A DNA stretch of 63,256 nt. Source: Candidatus Aminicenantes bacterium (GTDB lineage: Bacteria > Acidobacteriota > Aminicenantia > JAMOAD01). This document shows, piece after piece, positions 9,720-18,140 of the stretch. A model generated the notes under the pieces. The model had not been told where the DNA came from. It ran no database searches and saw nothing but the letters and a program-made list of their open reading frames with translations. Location of the stretch: positions 1-63,256 of the forward strand of contig JALVQI010000218.1 in NCBI GenBank assembly GCA_027031485.1. Direction: 5' to 3'. The number at the start of each line of letters is the position of its first letter. The first letter of the stretch is position 1. A program made the position numbers and the translations under genes.

Positions 9720-12359
9720 ATGAGAAAAAAAATTAAGATTCTATTCATTCTTTTATTTTTTGTCTCAGCTCTTTCATTTGCTCAGACTCTCACAGTGACA
9801 GATCCCCATTCCGGGGATACCTGGAATAAGGGAAACACTTATACCATCAGGTGGACAAAATCGGGTAGTATGAATGCAAATGTAAAAATCAGATTAATGC
9901 AAGGGGGGAGAAAGGTATTAGCCATAACAGATTCAACGGCAAACGATGGTTCGTACAGCTGGACAGTTCCTTCAAGTGTTGCAAACGGCTCTTACTATAT
10001 AAGGGTGAAAACAATAGACAATGCGGTTTATGATGATGGGGAAGTTTTTACTATATCAAACGCGGCCTCATCATCACCTAAAATAACAGTAACAGATCCC
10101 CATTCGGGAGATACCTGGAATAAGGGAAACACTTATACCATCAGGTGGACAAAATCGGGTAGTATGAATGCAAATGTAAAAATCAGGTTAATGCAGGGAG
10201 GAACAAAGGTATTAGCCATAACAGATTCAACGGCAAACGATGGTTCGTACAGCTGGACAGTTCCTTCAAGTGTTGCAAACGGCTCTTACTATATTAGAGT
10301 GAAAACAATAGACAATGCGGTTTATGATGATGGGGAAGTTTTTACTATATCAAACGCTTCTTCTTCAAAAAGCTTAACAGTTACATATCCCAATGGTGGA
10401 GAGAGAATAGCAGCCCCGGGTAATATTGAAATAAGATGGAGCTCTGCGGGAAGTATAAGTAATGTGAAAATTATCGGAGTGGGAAGTACGGGAAACATAA
10501 CTGTTGCGGATTCCGCCCCCAACACAGGCTCATACACTGTTTCAATTCCCGATAGTGTTAACAATGGAAATTATAAGATAAGAATTGAGGATGTTAGCGA
10601 TTCCTCGGTTTACGATGAATCAGACAGAACTTTTACTATTTACCATCCTGCCGGAGATCCCTTTATAAGAATAACAAATCCTTCTGGAGGAGGATCTCTT
10701 GAGTTGGGATCAAGAGAGGAAATAAGGTGGGAAAGTGGCAGGTTTGATGGTTTTGTAAAGATTGAGCTCTGGAAAGATGATGGTTTAAGTGAAAGAATGA
10801 TCGGAACAATTACAGACAGAGTTAAATCTTCTCCATTTGTTTGGAATGTGGGAGGTTTAATGGGTGGTTCAGCTTCTGCTGGTGATAATTACTATATTGT
10901 AATTTCATCTTTAAATGTTCCAGGTTTAAAAGCCGCTTCAGGGATGTTTTCAATAGTGTCTCCTCCTTCACCTTCACCTTCGGGAAGCATTACTATTACT
11001 GCCCCTTTTAGAGGGCTCAAATGGTATATCGGAAGCCCTTATGAGATTAGATGGAATAAAAGAGGAGATGTAGGGAGTAGAGTTGGAATTAAACTTATGC
11101 AGGGCGAGAGAAAAATATTAACAATAGTAAATATAACGGAGAATGATGGAGTATATTATTATACTCCTACATCAGATATAACACCGGGTATATATCATAT
11201 AAGAATAGAGAGTATTGATAGAAGTGTCTCAGCAAACAGTGAACTTTTTGAAATAAAAGAACCTGTTACAACATTTGAGGTAAGAAAGCCGACTTCGGGA
11301 GATAAATGGTATAAAAATCAAACCTATTCCATAGAATGGGTAAAGCACGGGCCAGCACGAATAGATAAAGTAAAGATTAAATTAATGCAGGGAAATACTC
11401 AAAAATATTTAATCACAAATAGCACAGAAAACGATGGGTTTTACAGATGGACAATACCTGATTCAATAAATGAAGGTACATACAGTATAAAAGTAGAATC
11501 CCTTGATAGGAGTGTGAGTGGCAAAAGTGAAAATTTTTCCATAAAAAGAACTTATTCCGGCGGAACTAACAATCGCTTTATGTCAAGAAGGGACAATTAT
11601 AATTCATCGTTAAAAAATCTGGATTTTTCAATAGGACATAGTTATCATCCAAGATGGGATCTTTTAATATATGAAATTAAATCTTCCGTACCTTATACGG
11701 GAAAGGTTAACTATGTTTTATTTATGGAGTCTACATGGATTTCAAGGAGGAAAACCGAAAAAATCACAGGTGAGGTGAATTTTAACAATGAATCCATGAA
11801 AAAAGTTGAATTAAATATCGGTAGATATCTTCCATTATCAGGTAATTGGTGTTATAAATTTATATTTATTGTTAATGACAAACAGGCTGGAACTAATTTA
11901 GTGTCAGAGAAAACAAAGTCTAATAATTCCTCTGAAAGTATTAAATGTGATCTAAATAGGGGAATCATAATAAATGATTTGAAAGTAAGAATGTATAAAA
12001 GCGGAGAATACTATTGGAAAACTGTCTTCAGCGGAACAAGAGGGGAAGTTTTTGAGTATAAAGAATCGGATATGGATCTTGCGGGGAATATTCCGATTTT
12101 AATTAAGGGAAAGATGTCAAATTTTAATGTTTATAATGGACAAATAACGAATTGTACAGTTGAAGTGAAAGGAGATTCCACTGCCACCTTTCCCCTTAAT
12201 CCTCAAAATTTTAATCTTGGGCCTGCAAGATATAAGGAATTTACTGCAAATGCGAAAGGTAAATTTGATTCATCAGGAAAGATAGGAGTTAAAATTTATT
12301 GTTCTTATCCCTCTGGAAGAAGAGCAGAATTTTTCAATCTTTATCTAAGGAAAAAATAA
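9720..12359 (+). CDS. Secreted repeat-family protein (member 7, the largest): signal peptide + 6 Ig-like repeats + intact type B tail
   Basis: 879 aa. Two repeats are near-identical and four are progressively divergent (LTVTYPNGGE..., IRITNPSGGG..., ITITAPFRGLKWY..., FEVRKPTSGDKWY...). The tail reads SSVPYTGKVNYVLFMEST...PARYKEFTANAKGKF. Confidence 0.85.
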   Translation: MRKKIKILFILLFFVSALSFAQTLTVTDPHSGDTWNKGNTYTIRWTKSGSMNANVKIRLMQGGRKVLAITDSTANDGSYSWTVPSSVANGSYYIRVKTIDNAVYDDGEVFTISNAASSSPKITVTDPHSGDTWNKGNTYTIRWTKSGSMNANVKIRLMQGGTKVLAITDSTANDGSYSWTVPSSVANGSYYIRVKTIDNAVYDDGEVFTISNASSSKSLTVTYPNGGERIAAPGNIEIRWSSAGSISNVKIIGVGSTGNITVADSAPNTGSYTVSIPDSVNNGNYKIRIEDVSDSSVYDESDRTFTIYHPAGDPFIRITNPSGGGSLELGSREEIRWESGRFDGFVKIELWKDDGLSERMIGTITDRVKSSPFVWNVGGLMGGSASAGDNYYIVISSLNVPGLKAASGMFSIVSPPSPSPSGSITITAPFRGLKWYIGSPYEIRWNKRGDVGSRVGIKLMQGERKILTIVNITENDGVYYYTPTSDITPGIYHIRIESIDRSVSANSELFEIKEPVTTFEVRKPTSGDKWYKNQTYSIEWVKHGPARIDKVKIKLMQGNTQKYLITNSTENDGFYRWTIPDSINEGTYSIKVESLDRSVSGKSENFSIKRTYSGGTNNRFMSRRDNYNSSLKNLDFSIGHSYHPRWDLLIYEIKSSVPYTGKVNYVLFMESTWISRRKTEKITGEVNFNNESMKKVELNIGRYLPLSGNWCYKFIFIVNDKQAGTNLVSEKTKSNNSSESIKCDLNRGIIINDLKVRMYKSGEYYWKTVFSGTRGEVFEYKESDMDLAGNIPILIKGKMSNFNVYNGQITNCTVEVKGDSTATFPLNPQNFNLGPARYKEFTANAKGKFDSSGKIGVKIYCSYPSGRRAEFFNLYLRKK
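9792..10360 (+). repeat. Intragenic tandem repeat, 294-bp period, 2 near-identical units
   Basis: acagtgacagatccccattccgggg... at 9792 recurs as acagtaacagatccccattcgggag... at 10086. Confidence 0.9.
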
Positions 12360-12564
12360 ATAGATTCCTAATTGAGTAATGTTGATTTTTTAGTGGGACA
12401 TATAATGTCCCCTATTGAGAAAATATTTAAGGAATTAATGAGGAAACCTCAACAAAGAAGAAATATGAACGGATAATATTGGAATTTTAAAGAGTTTCTT
12501 GTTTTTAAAATAAAGAAGTTTTTTTTGATAGACTTTGTGGAGATCAACACTTTTGTCTTTTTGC

Positions 12565-12578
12565 CGACAAACTTGTCG
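12565..12578 (+). promoter_or_regulatory. Perfect inverted repeat CGACAA-AC-TTGTCG; candidate activator site for the 12700 gene
   Basis: It lies 86 bp upstream of the -24 element and uses the same GACAA/TTGTC half-sites as the other upstream elements. Confidence 0.45.
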
Positions 12579-12650
12579 TTAACAATTATTAATCTGTTGA
12601 AAAGAATAAAGAAAAAACTGATAAAATAAAAGTGCCGGATAAAATTTTAG

Positions 12651-12665
12651 TGGAATGATTGTTGA
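12651..12665 (+). promoter_or_regulatory. Sigma-54 type -24/-12 promoter candidate (TGGAAT-N5-TTGA) for the 12700 gene
   Basis: TGGAATgattgTTGA, with the -12 G 36 nt from the ATG. A TATAAT at 12668-12673 is a caveat. Confidence 0.5.
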
Positions 12666-12699
12666 TGTATAATTATTAGAACTTGGAAGGAGGCAAAGA

Positions 12700-14043
12700 A
12701 TGATGAAAAGACTGTCTGTGTTTTTTTTTATTATAGGGCTTATTGCCGCTTTTGGTTTTTCTCAAAGTATCATTGTAACAAACCCACATTCAGGACAGAC
12801 CTGGAATAAGGGAAACACTTATACTATCACCTGGACAAAGAGCGGAACTATGAATGCAAATGTTAAAATCAGGTTAATGCAGGGCAGTACAAAGATTTTA
12901 AGCATAACAGATTCAACGGAAAATGACGGTTCGTATAGCTGGACGGTTCCTGCAAGTATTGCAAACGGATTTTACTATGTAAGAGTAAAGACCATTGACA
13001 ATACAGTCTATGATGATGGTGAAGTTTTTACAATAGGAAATAGTTCTGCCGCAAGGATCACTGTAACAAGTCCTCACTCGGGCCAAACCTGGAATAAGGG
13101 AAATACCTGTGCAATAACCTGGACAAAAACCGGCACTATGAATTCAAATGTAAAAATCAGGTTAATGCGGGGAGGAACAAAGGTATTAGCCATAACAAAT
13201 TCAACTGCAAATGATGGTTCATACAGCTGGACAATTCCTTCAAGTCTTGCGAACGGCTCTTATTATATAAGGGTAAAAACAACAGATAATGCAGTCTATG
13301 ATGATAGCAATGAATTTAACATAACTGATACCACCGCGCCTGCATCTATTGGAACCATGCTGTATGAACTTAAACCGCACAAGATTAAAGTATTATCAAT
13401 TCCATATTGGATGTCATTTCCGATTAACTCAACGATAAGAATAAGATGGGAAGCTGAAAATTTAACGCATCCGATAAGAATATTACTTATGAGGCATAGT
13501 GATGGGATTTTACACAGCTGGGTGATTAAAGACAATTTAAATCCAGATATAGGTTACTATGACTGGAAGCCAAAAGAGATGAAGGGAATTCTTCCTTTTC
13601 CGAATTATTATATTAAAATCGAGGAGATTGGTACAGGTATACATGCTGTTAGCGGAGGACTTTTTGAATTAAAACCCGAGGTCCATGTTGATTTGAGTAT
13701 TCGTCTTACAAATGAAAGAGTTCCCTATTTAGAAACGGAGCATGGGACAGCGATTGTTCTTTCTTTTAGAGTCAGAGATAATGATCCGAGGCACGGAATT
13801 CTAAGAAATGTTCCTGTAAGAGTTACAGTGGGGGAACAGACACAAACAAAAACCATTCATAGAATCCAATTCGGACGTTATCATTATGAATATACGGTTG
13901 ACTTTACTTTTCATTTGTACGACAGACACAGAAGTCATACTGTTAATAATACCTTTCATGTAACAGCAACCGTTGATCCGCAAGATTTTTATCATGATTA
14001 TGACAGGTCAAACAATACCATTAACTTTGATATTGTTTTTTAA
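12700..14043 (+). CDS. Secreted repeat-family protein (member 8): signal peptide + 2 repeats + divergent repeat + unique His-rich CARDB-like tail
   Basis: An AGGAGG SD precedes the start. The signal peptide ends GFS/QS. The tail ends VDPQDFYHDYDRSNNT. Confidence 0.85.
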   Translation: MMKRLSVFFFIIGLIAAFGFSQSIIVTNPHSGQTWNKGNTYTITWTKSGTMNANVKIRLMQGSTKILSITDSTENDGSYSWTVPASIANGFYYVRVKTIDNTVYDDGEVFTIGNSSAARITVTSPHSGQTWNKGNTCAITWTKTGTMNSNVKIRLMRGGTKVLAITNSTANDGSYSWTIPSSLANGSYYIRVKTTDNAVYDDSNEFNITDTTAPASIGTMLYELKPHKIKVLSIPYWMSFPINSTIRIRWEAENLTHPIRILLMRHSDGILHSWVIKDNLNPDIGYYDWKPKEMKGILPFPNYYIKIEEIGTGIHAVSGGLFELKPEVHVDLSIRLTNERVPYLETEHGTAIVLSFRVRDNDPRHGILRNVPVRVTVGEQTQTKTIHRIQFGRYHYEYTVDFTFHLYDRHRSHTVNNTFHVTATVDPQDFYHDYDRSNNTINFDIVF

Positions 14044-14269
14044 ATAAAAATTAGAAAGTATGTAAATATTTTTCGGCTTATCTATTAATCAATAATCAAA
14101 CATTCTTACTCTTTTTATCAATTTTTTTCTTTGAGTGAGAGTAATTATGTTTTAAAAGATTACATTTTTGTCAGGTTATTTACAAAAATGTCGTTCTCGG
14201 AGCAGTTCTTTTTGTTAATAATACATGAAGAATTCTTGTTTGTCTTAAAAAATTGTAAATTTAAATTTG

Positions 14270-14284
14270 TGGCATGAAAATTGT
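14270..14284 (+). promoter_or_regulatory. Sigma-54 type -24/-12 promoter candidate for the 14323 gene
   Basis: TGGCATgaaaaTTGT, with the -12 G 40 nt from the ATG. A TATAAT follows at 14286-14291 (caveat). Confidence 0.5.
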
Positions 14285-14322
14285 TTATAATGTTTATTGA
14301 ATAAATTAAAGGAGGTTAAGAG

Positions 14323-15741
14323 ATGAAAAGAAAAGTTTTTGTGTTTTTCCTGATTGCAATATTCATTGTTGCAATAGGTTATTCTCAAAGTATCACAGTA
14401 ACAAATCCCCATTCGGGAGATACGTGGTATAAGGGTGGTTCTCATCATTATACGATAAGATGGACAAAAAGTGGCAGTATGAATGCAAATGTTAAGATCA
14501 GGCTGTATCAAGGTGATTCAAGGGTTTTAGCCATAACGGATTCAACGCCTAATGATGGAGAGTATGAGTGGTCAATTCCTGAGAGTGTAGACGAAGGTAC
14601 ATATAAAATCAGAGTAAAAACAATTGATAATGCTGTTTTTGATGATAGTGAGGAGTTCTATATTGCAAACCCTCCATCTTCATTCCCTGCGATAACAGTA
14701 ACAAATCCCCATTCGGGAGATATCTGGTATAAGGGTGGTTCTCATCATTATACGATAAGATGGACAAAAAGTGGTAGCATGAATGCAAATGTTAAGATCA
14801 GGCTGTATCAAGGTGATTCAAGGGTTTTAGCCATAACGGATTCAACGCCTAATGATGGAGAGTATGAGTGGTCAATTCCTGAGAGTGTAGATGAGGGGAC
14901 ATATAAAATCAGAGTAAAAACAATTGATAATGCTGTATCTGATGACGGAGAGAATTTTGAAATCAGAGAAGAATCGGGCACAATGCCAGGCACTATTTAT
15001 CCCCCTTTCTCAAGAGCCCGGGATTTTGAGATCAAGCATATTAGCTATTTAGTCAGGAGAGGAACTTATTTAGTCGTACATCTGAAAAATTATCATAATT
15101 CCTATGACGGCGATTTAAAGTTTCGTGTAAATGTGGTTGACAATAAATCTCACACGGGAAGTACACGCTATTTTACAAAACATGTAAGAATAAATGCAGG
15201 TGAAGAAAAGGAAATTTATCTTAATATGTCTTTAGGTGTTTTCTCTCTGTGTGGGAAAGAGGTTACTGTTACAGTTGATCCTGATAATACAATACCAGAG
15301 ACAAAAGAGGATAATAACACCTTGATGAGGGTTATATATACAAAAAAACCTGTTTTTCGTATAAGTATTACCGACAAACAAATTAAAAAAGTTAGTCATA
15401 GAATAACATATAGATGGAGAGTAAAATTTAAGATTAAGGTAAAAGCTGAAGGACGCGGTTACTATTCTTTATCTAACATTTATGTGGATTGGAAGATTGA
15501 GCCAAAGGATGGCCCTCCTCTTTTTAGATTTAATGGTTCTACCTTCGGGCCTTTTTCAATTCGTTTAAATGAGGAAAAAACATTTAATGTAGATAGAAAA
15601 TTCGGACATCCTGATTTATCTCATTCAGTACACGCAAGATTAAAAGAAGGAGATTATTATATTACGGTAAAGGTAAGAACAGGAGAGAGTTGTGCCACTG
15701 CGCCTTATAGTCAGTATAGATTTTTAGTCCATCTTCGTTAA
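14323..15741 (+). CDS. Secreted repeat-family protein (member 9): signal peptide + 2 near-identical repeats + extended type C tail
   Basis: The signal peptide ends GYS/QS. The tail reads KNYHNSYDGDLKFR...VDPDNTIPETKEDNNT, then RWRVKFKIKVKAEG...FGHPDLSHS. This is shared with the 16635 gene. Confidence 0.85.
   Translation: MKRKVFVFFLIAIFIVAIGYSQSITVTNPHSGDTWYKGGSHHYTIRWTKSGSMNANVKIRLYQGDSRVLAITDSTPNDGEYEWSIPESVDEGTYKIRVKTIDNAVFDDSEEFYIANPPSSFPAITVTNPHSGDIWYKGGSHHYTIRWTKSGSMNANVKIRLYQGDSRVLAITDSTPNDGEYEWSIPESVDEGTYKIRVKTIDNAVSDDGENFEIREESGTMPGTIYPPFSRARDFEIKHISYLVRRGTYLVVHLKNYHNSYDGDLKFRVNVVDNKSHTGSTRYFTKHVRINAGEEKEIYLNMSLGVFSLCGKEVTVTVDPDNTIPETKEDNNTLMRVIYTKKPVFRISITDKQIKKVSHRITYRWRVKFKIKVKAEGRGYYSLSNIYVDWKIEPKDGPPLFRFNGSTFGPFSIRLNEEKTFNVDRKFGHPDLSHSVHARLKEGDYYITVKVRTGESCATAPYSQYRFLVHLR
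14392..14945 (+). repeat. Intragenic tandem repeat, 300-bp period, 2 near-identical units
   Basis: atcacagtaacaaatccccattcgggagatacgtgg at 14392 recurs as ataacagtaacaaatccccattcgggagatatctgg at 14692. Long identical runs follow. Confidence 0.9.
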
Positions 15742-15765
15742 TATTATTAATAATTAAAAACAATG

Positions 15766-15796
15766 AGGAAGGAGGTTTTCCTCCTTCCTTTTTTTA
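15766..15796 (+). terminator. Rho-independent terminator after the 14323 gene
   Basis: A perfect 10-bp stem AGGAAGGAGG-tttt-CCTCCTTCCT is followed by TTTTTT. The same hairpin occurs at 18100-18123. Confidence 0.8.
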
Positions 15797-15945
15797 TATA
15801 AATTATTATTTTCATCAGAATAAATTAGAATAAGTTTTTCATGTAGAAAGTTGATTTCAAATGCAATGATAATAGTTATAATAAAAACCCTTCTATACAC
15901 ACAGAACTTATTCAGCGGAAGGTTATTGAGTATTTGTGAAATTAT
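15790..15945 (+). pseudogene. Decayed relic of the 5' end of the 18141-type lipoprotein gene
   Basis: aataagtttttcatgtagaaagttgatttcaaatgcaatgataat...cacagaacttattcagcggaaggttattgagtatttg aligns with aatgagtttttcatgtaagaatattgattctaatgagaacgataat...cactgagcttgtccagcctcaggacattgaatatctg at 18181-18296. The start codon is lost and stops are present. Confidence 0.65.
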
Positions 15946-16148
15946 CCATTTATGATAAATTCATATATTAAAAAATCTTCAAACTAAGGTATACCCATTA
16001 TTCTTAGAGGTTAATATTATTCTGGATTTTATGGTTTGATCCGCAATTCCGGAAATAGCTATTAGCAGAAGAGAGAGAAAGAGGATTGGGACGAGAATAT
16101 GATACAAATATTATACTATACTATGTTAAATTTTATATGCGTCAATAA

Positions 16149-16301
16149 AGGACTACGTATTATAAGAGATCTTCCTTAAATATTGGTGATTTTGTGGATA
16201 TTACAGGGAAGAAATGGTCTTTTGACACAAAAGATGTTTGGGTTGATCTATGAGTTGACGGTGATAATTTTATCAGAGGAGATCATGAGATTATTCATTG
16301 A
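16149..16301 (+). pseudogene. Decayed relic of a type A (CARDB-like) tail from a lost family member
   Basis: It translates as ..TTYYKRSSLNIGDFVDITGKKWSFDTKDVWVDL*VDGDNFIRGDHEIIH*. The 922 gene reads YIQTKGTKYLDIPAIEPGKFYTAERKEWFHSLKDVWVEMWIDPFNTIREDREKNNH. Confidence 0.6.
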
Positions 16302-16480
16302 AAGTAGAGTTAGATATAAAAAGGCCAGCAGGTTTTTAAAGAAAGAATATTAAAAAACATAGAGGGTAAATCGGGAAGACCATAAATTTATTGAGCTTAA
16401 TGTTCATAACAAAATTTCTGATGCTAAATTTTAAAAATAATATTTATTAATTATCTTACTGTGAAACATCAGAACAAAAA

Positions 16481-16508
16481 TGTCTAACCATTCGACAAAA
16501 TTGTTAGG
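16481..16508 (+). promoter_or_regulatory. TGTC-N9-GACA / TTCGACAAAATTGT element; candidate activator site for the 16635 gene
   Basis: Identical to 9565-9592. The core is 94 bp upstream of the -24 element. Confidence 0.5.
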
Positions 16509-16584
16509 TTTTATGCTCTTATATTTTTTTTAACCTTAATTAAATAAAAATAATTACTTAATTATGTTTTGAAACTACTGTTTT

Positions 16585-16599
16585 TGGCACAAAATTTGA
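16585..16599 (+). promoter_or_regulatory. Sigma-54 type -24/-12 promoter candidate for the 16635 gene
   Basis: TGGCACaaaatTTGA, with the -12 G 37 nt from the ATG. Confidence 0.6.
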
Positions 16600-16634
16600 A
16601 TATCTGTTTATCAATTTAATTAGGAGGTTAAAAA

Positions 16635-18071
16635 ATGAGAAAAAAAATTAAGATTCTATTCATTCTTTTATTTTTTGTCTCAGCTCTTTCATTTGCTCAG
16701 ACTATCACAGTGACAGATCCCCATTCCGGGGATACCTGGAATAAGGGAAACACTTATACAATCAGATGGACAAAATCGGGTAGTATGAATGCAAATGTAA
16801 AAATCAGATTAATGCAAGGGGGGAGAAAGGTATTAGCCATAACAGATTCAACGGCAAACGATGGTTCGTACAGCTGGACAGTTCCTTCAAGTGTTGCAAA
16901 CGGCTCTTACTATATAAGGGTGAAGACAATAGACAATGCGGTTTATGATGATGGGGAAGTTTTTACAATTTCAGATCAACCAGCTGCGAATATAACCGTG
17001 ACAGATCCCCATTCGGGAGATACCTGGAATAAGGGAAACACTTATACAATCAGGTGGACAAAATCGGGTAGTATGAATGCAAATGTAAAAATCAGATTAA
17101 TGCAAGGGGGGAGGAAGGTATTAGCAATAACAGATTCAACTACAAACAGCGGAAGCTACAGCTGGACAGTTCCTTCAAGTGTTGCAAACGGCTCTTACTA
17201 TATAAGGGTAAAGACAATAGATAATGCGGTCTATGATGATGGAGATGAGTTCAATATTAAAGAAAAATCGGGAAGTACGACTGTGGCAAGAATTGTGAGA
17301 CAATACGGCAATGTACGTGCATTTAATGATTTTGAGATTAAAGATATTTTTTATTCTTATAACATCCAAGTTTATAATCATGGTGGTTGGGTAGCCGTAA
17401 AAATAAAAAATTATGTTAATAATTTTGATGGAAATCTGAAATTCAGAGTTTTCTTCCCCGACACAGATACATCATTAACTCATCCGCTAAACTATACGAA
17501 ACATTTGAACATGAGAGTTGGCGAGGAGAAAACAATATATCTTGTTCCAATTGCATTGGTAGGTGAAGTTCCTTTATGTGGAAAAAGAGTTAGAGTTATG
17601 ATAGATCCTGATAATGAGATTGTTGAAACAAAGGAAAATAATAATTCTATTGAAAAAAAGATTTACACAAAGAGAGCTGACTTTAACATTACTATAAGTG
17701 ATTTAAAGCTCCTAAAAACTTATTTAATCTCAACACATAAGTGGAGGGTAAAGTTCAAAATTCATGTAAGAGCTGGCGGAAGTGGTTATACTTCTCTGTC
17801 AAATGTTTATACTTATTGGGATATTGCTCCAAGAGGAGAAGAAGGTGTCTTATTTTCCGAAATCCCTGTTCCTTCTTTTACAATAAATCTTAATGAGGAG
17901 AAAGTTGTAAGTGTGGATAAAAAATTCGGCCATCCTGATTTGGATCACTCAATAAGACCAAGATTAAAAGCTGGTTATTATGTTATAACTGTCAAAGTGA
18001 TGATATTCCCAAGAAACTGTGAAAATGCAATGACACTTGGAACTCGGAGATTTTCAATTCATCTTCATTAA
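16635..18071 (+). CDS. Secreted repeat-family protein (member 10): signal peptide + 2 repeats + extended type C tail
   Basis: The N-terminal ~110 aa are almost identical to the 9720 product, but the tail is type C (KNYVNNFDGNLKFR...IDPDNEIVETKENNNS...KWRVKFKIHVRAGG...FGHPDLDHS). Confidence 0.85.
   Translation: MRKKIKILFILLFFVSALSFAQTITVTDPHSGDTWNKGNTYTIRWTKSGSMNANVKIRLMQGGRKVLAITDSTANDGSYSWTVPSSVANGSYYIRVKTIDNAVYDDGEVFTISDQPAANITVTDPHSGDTWNKGNTYTIRWTKSGSMNANVKIRLMQGGRKVLAITDSTTNSGSYSWTVPSSVANGSYYIRVKTIDNAVYDDGDEFNIKEKSGSTTVARIVRQYGNVRAFNDFEIKDIFYSYNIQVYNHGGWVAVKIKNYVNNFDGNLKFRVFFPDTDTSLTHPLNYTKHLNMRVGEEKTIYLVPIALVGEVPLCGKRVRVMIDPDNEIVETKENNNSIEKKIYTKRADFNITISDLKLLKTYLISTHKWRVKFKIHVRAGGSGYTSLSNVYTYWDIAPRGEEGVLFSEIPVPSFTINLNEEKVVSVDKKFGHPDLDHSIRPRLKAGYYVITVKVMIFPRNCENAMTLGTRRFSIHLH
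16704..17240 (+). repeat. Intragenic tandem repeat, 288-bp period, 2 units
   Basis: atcacagtgacagatccccattccgggg at 16704 recurs as ataaccgtgacagatccccattcgggag at 16992. Confidence 0.85.
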
Positions 18072-18099
18072 AAACATGAGTAAATAAAAGATAGTGTAA

Positions 18100-18133
18100 A
18101 GGAAGGAGGTTTTCCTCCTTCCTCTTTGCTTTT
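18100..18133 (+). terminator. Rho-independent terminator after the 16635 gene
   Basis: AGGAAGGAGG-tttt-CCTCCTTCCT followed by ctttgctttt. The T-tract is interrupted, so it may be leaky. Confidence 0.7.
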
Positions 18134-18140
18134 ATATAAA

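Larger units (their letters stand above)
9554..10052 (+). repeat. Dispersed direct repeat, copy A: upstream element + promoter + SD + signal peptide + first Ig-like repeat
   Basis: About 499 bp match 16470-16967, with only about 6 differences by eye (T-run length, tctatt/tcaatt, ctc/atc, cc/ca, agg/aga, aaa/aag). Confidence 0.9.
16470..16967 (+). repeat. Dispersed direct repeat, copy B (partner of 9554-10052)
   Basis: A near-identical ~498-bp promoter-to-first-repeat cassette, 6.9 kb downstream of copy A. Confidence 0.9.

Noticed and set aside
12393-12412. A GGGACAT-ata-ATGTCCC hairpin after the 9720 gene as a terminator.
   Set aside because: The stem is only 7 bp and no U-tract follows on either strand. 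That is too weak to call.
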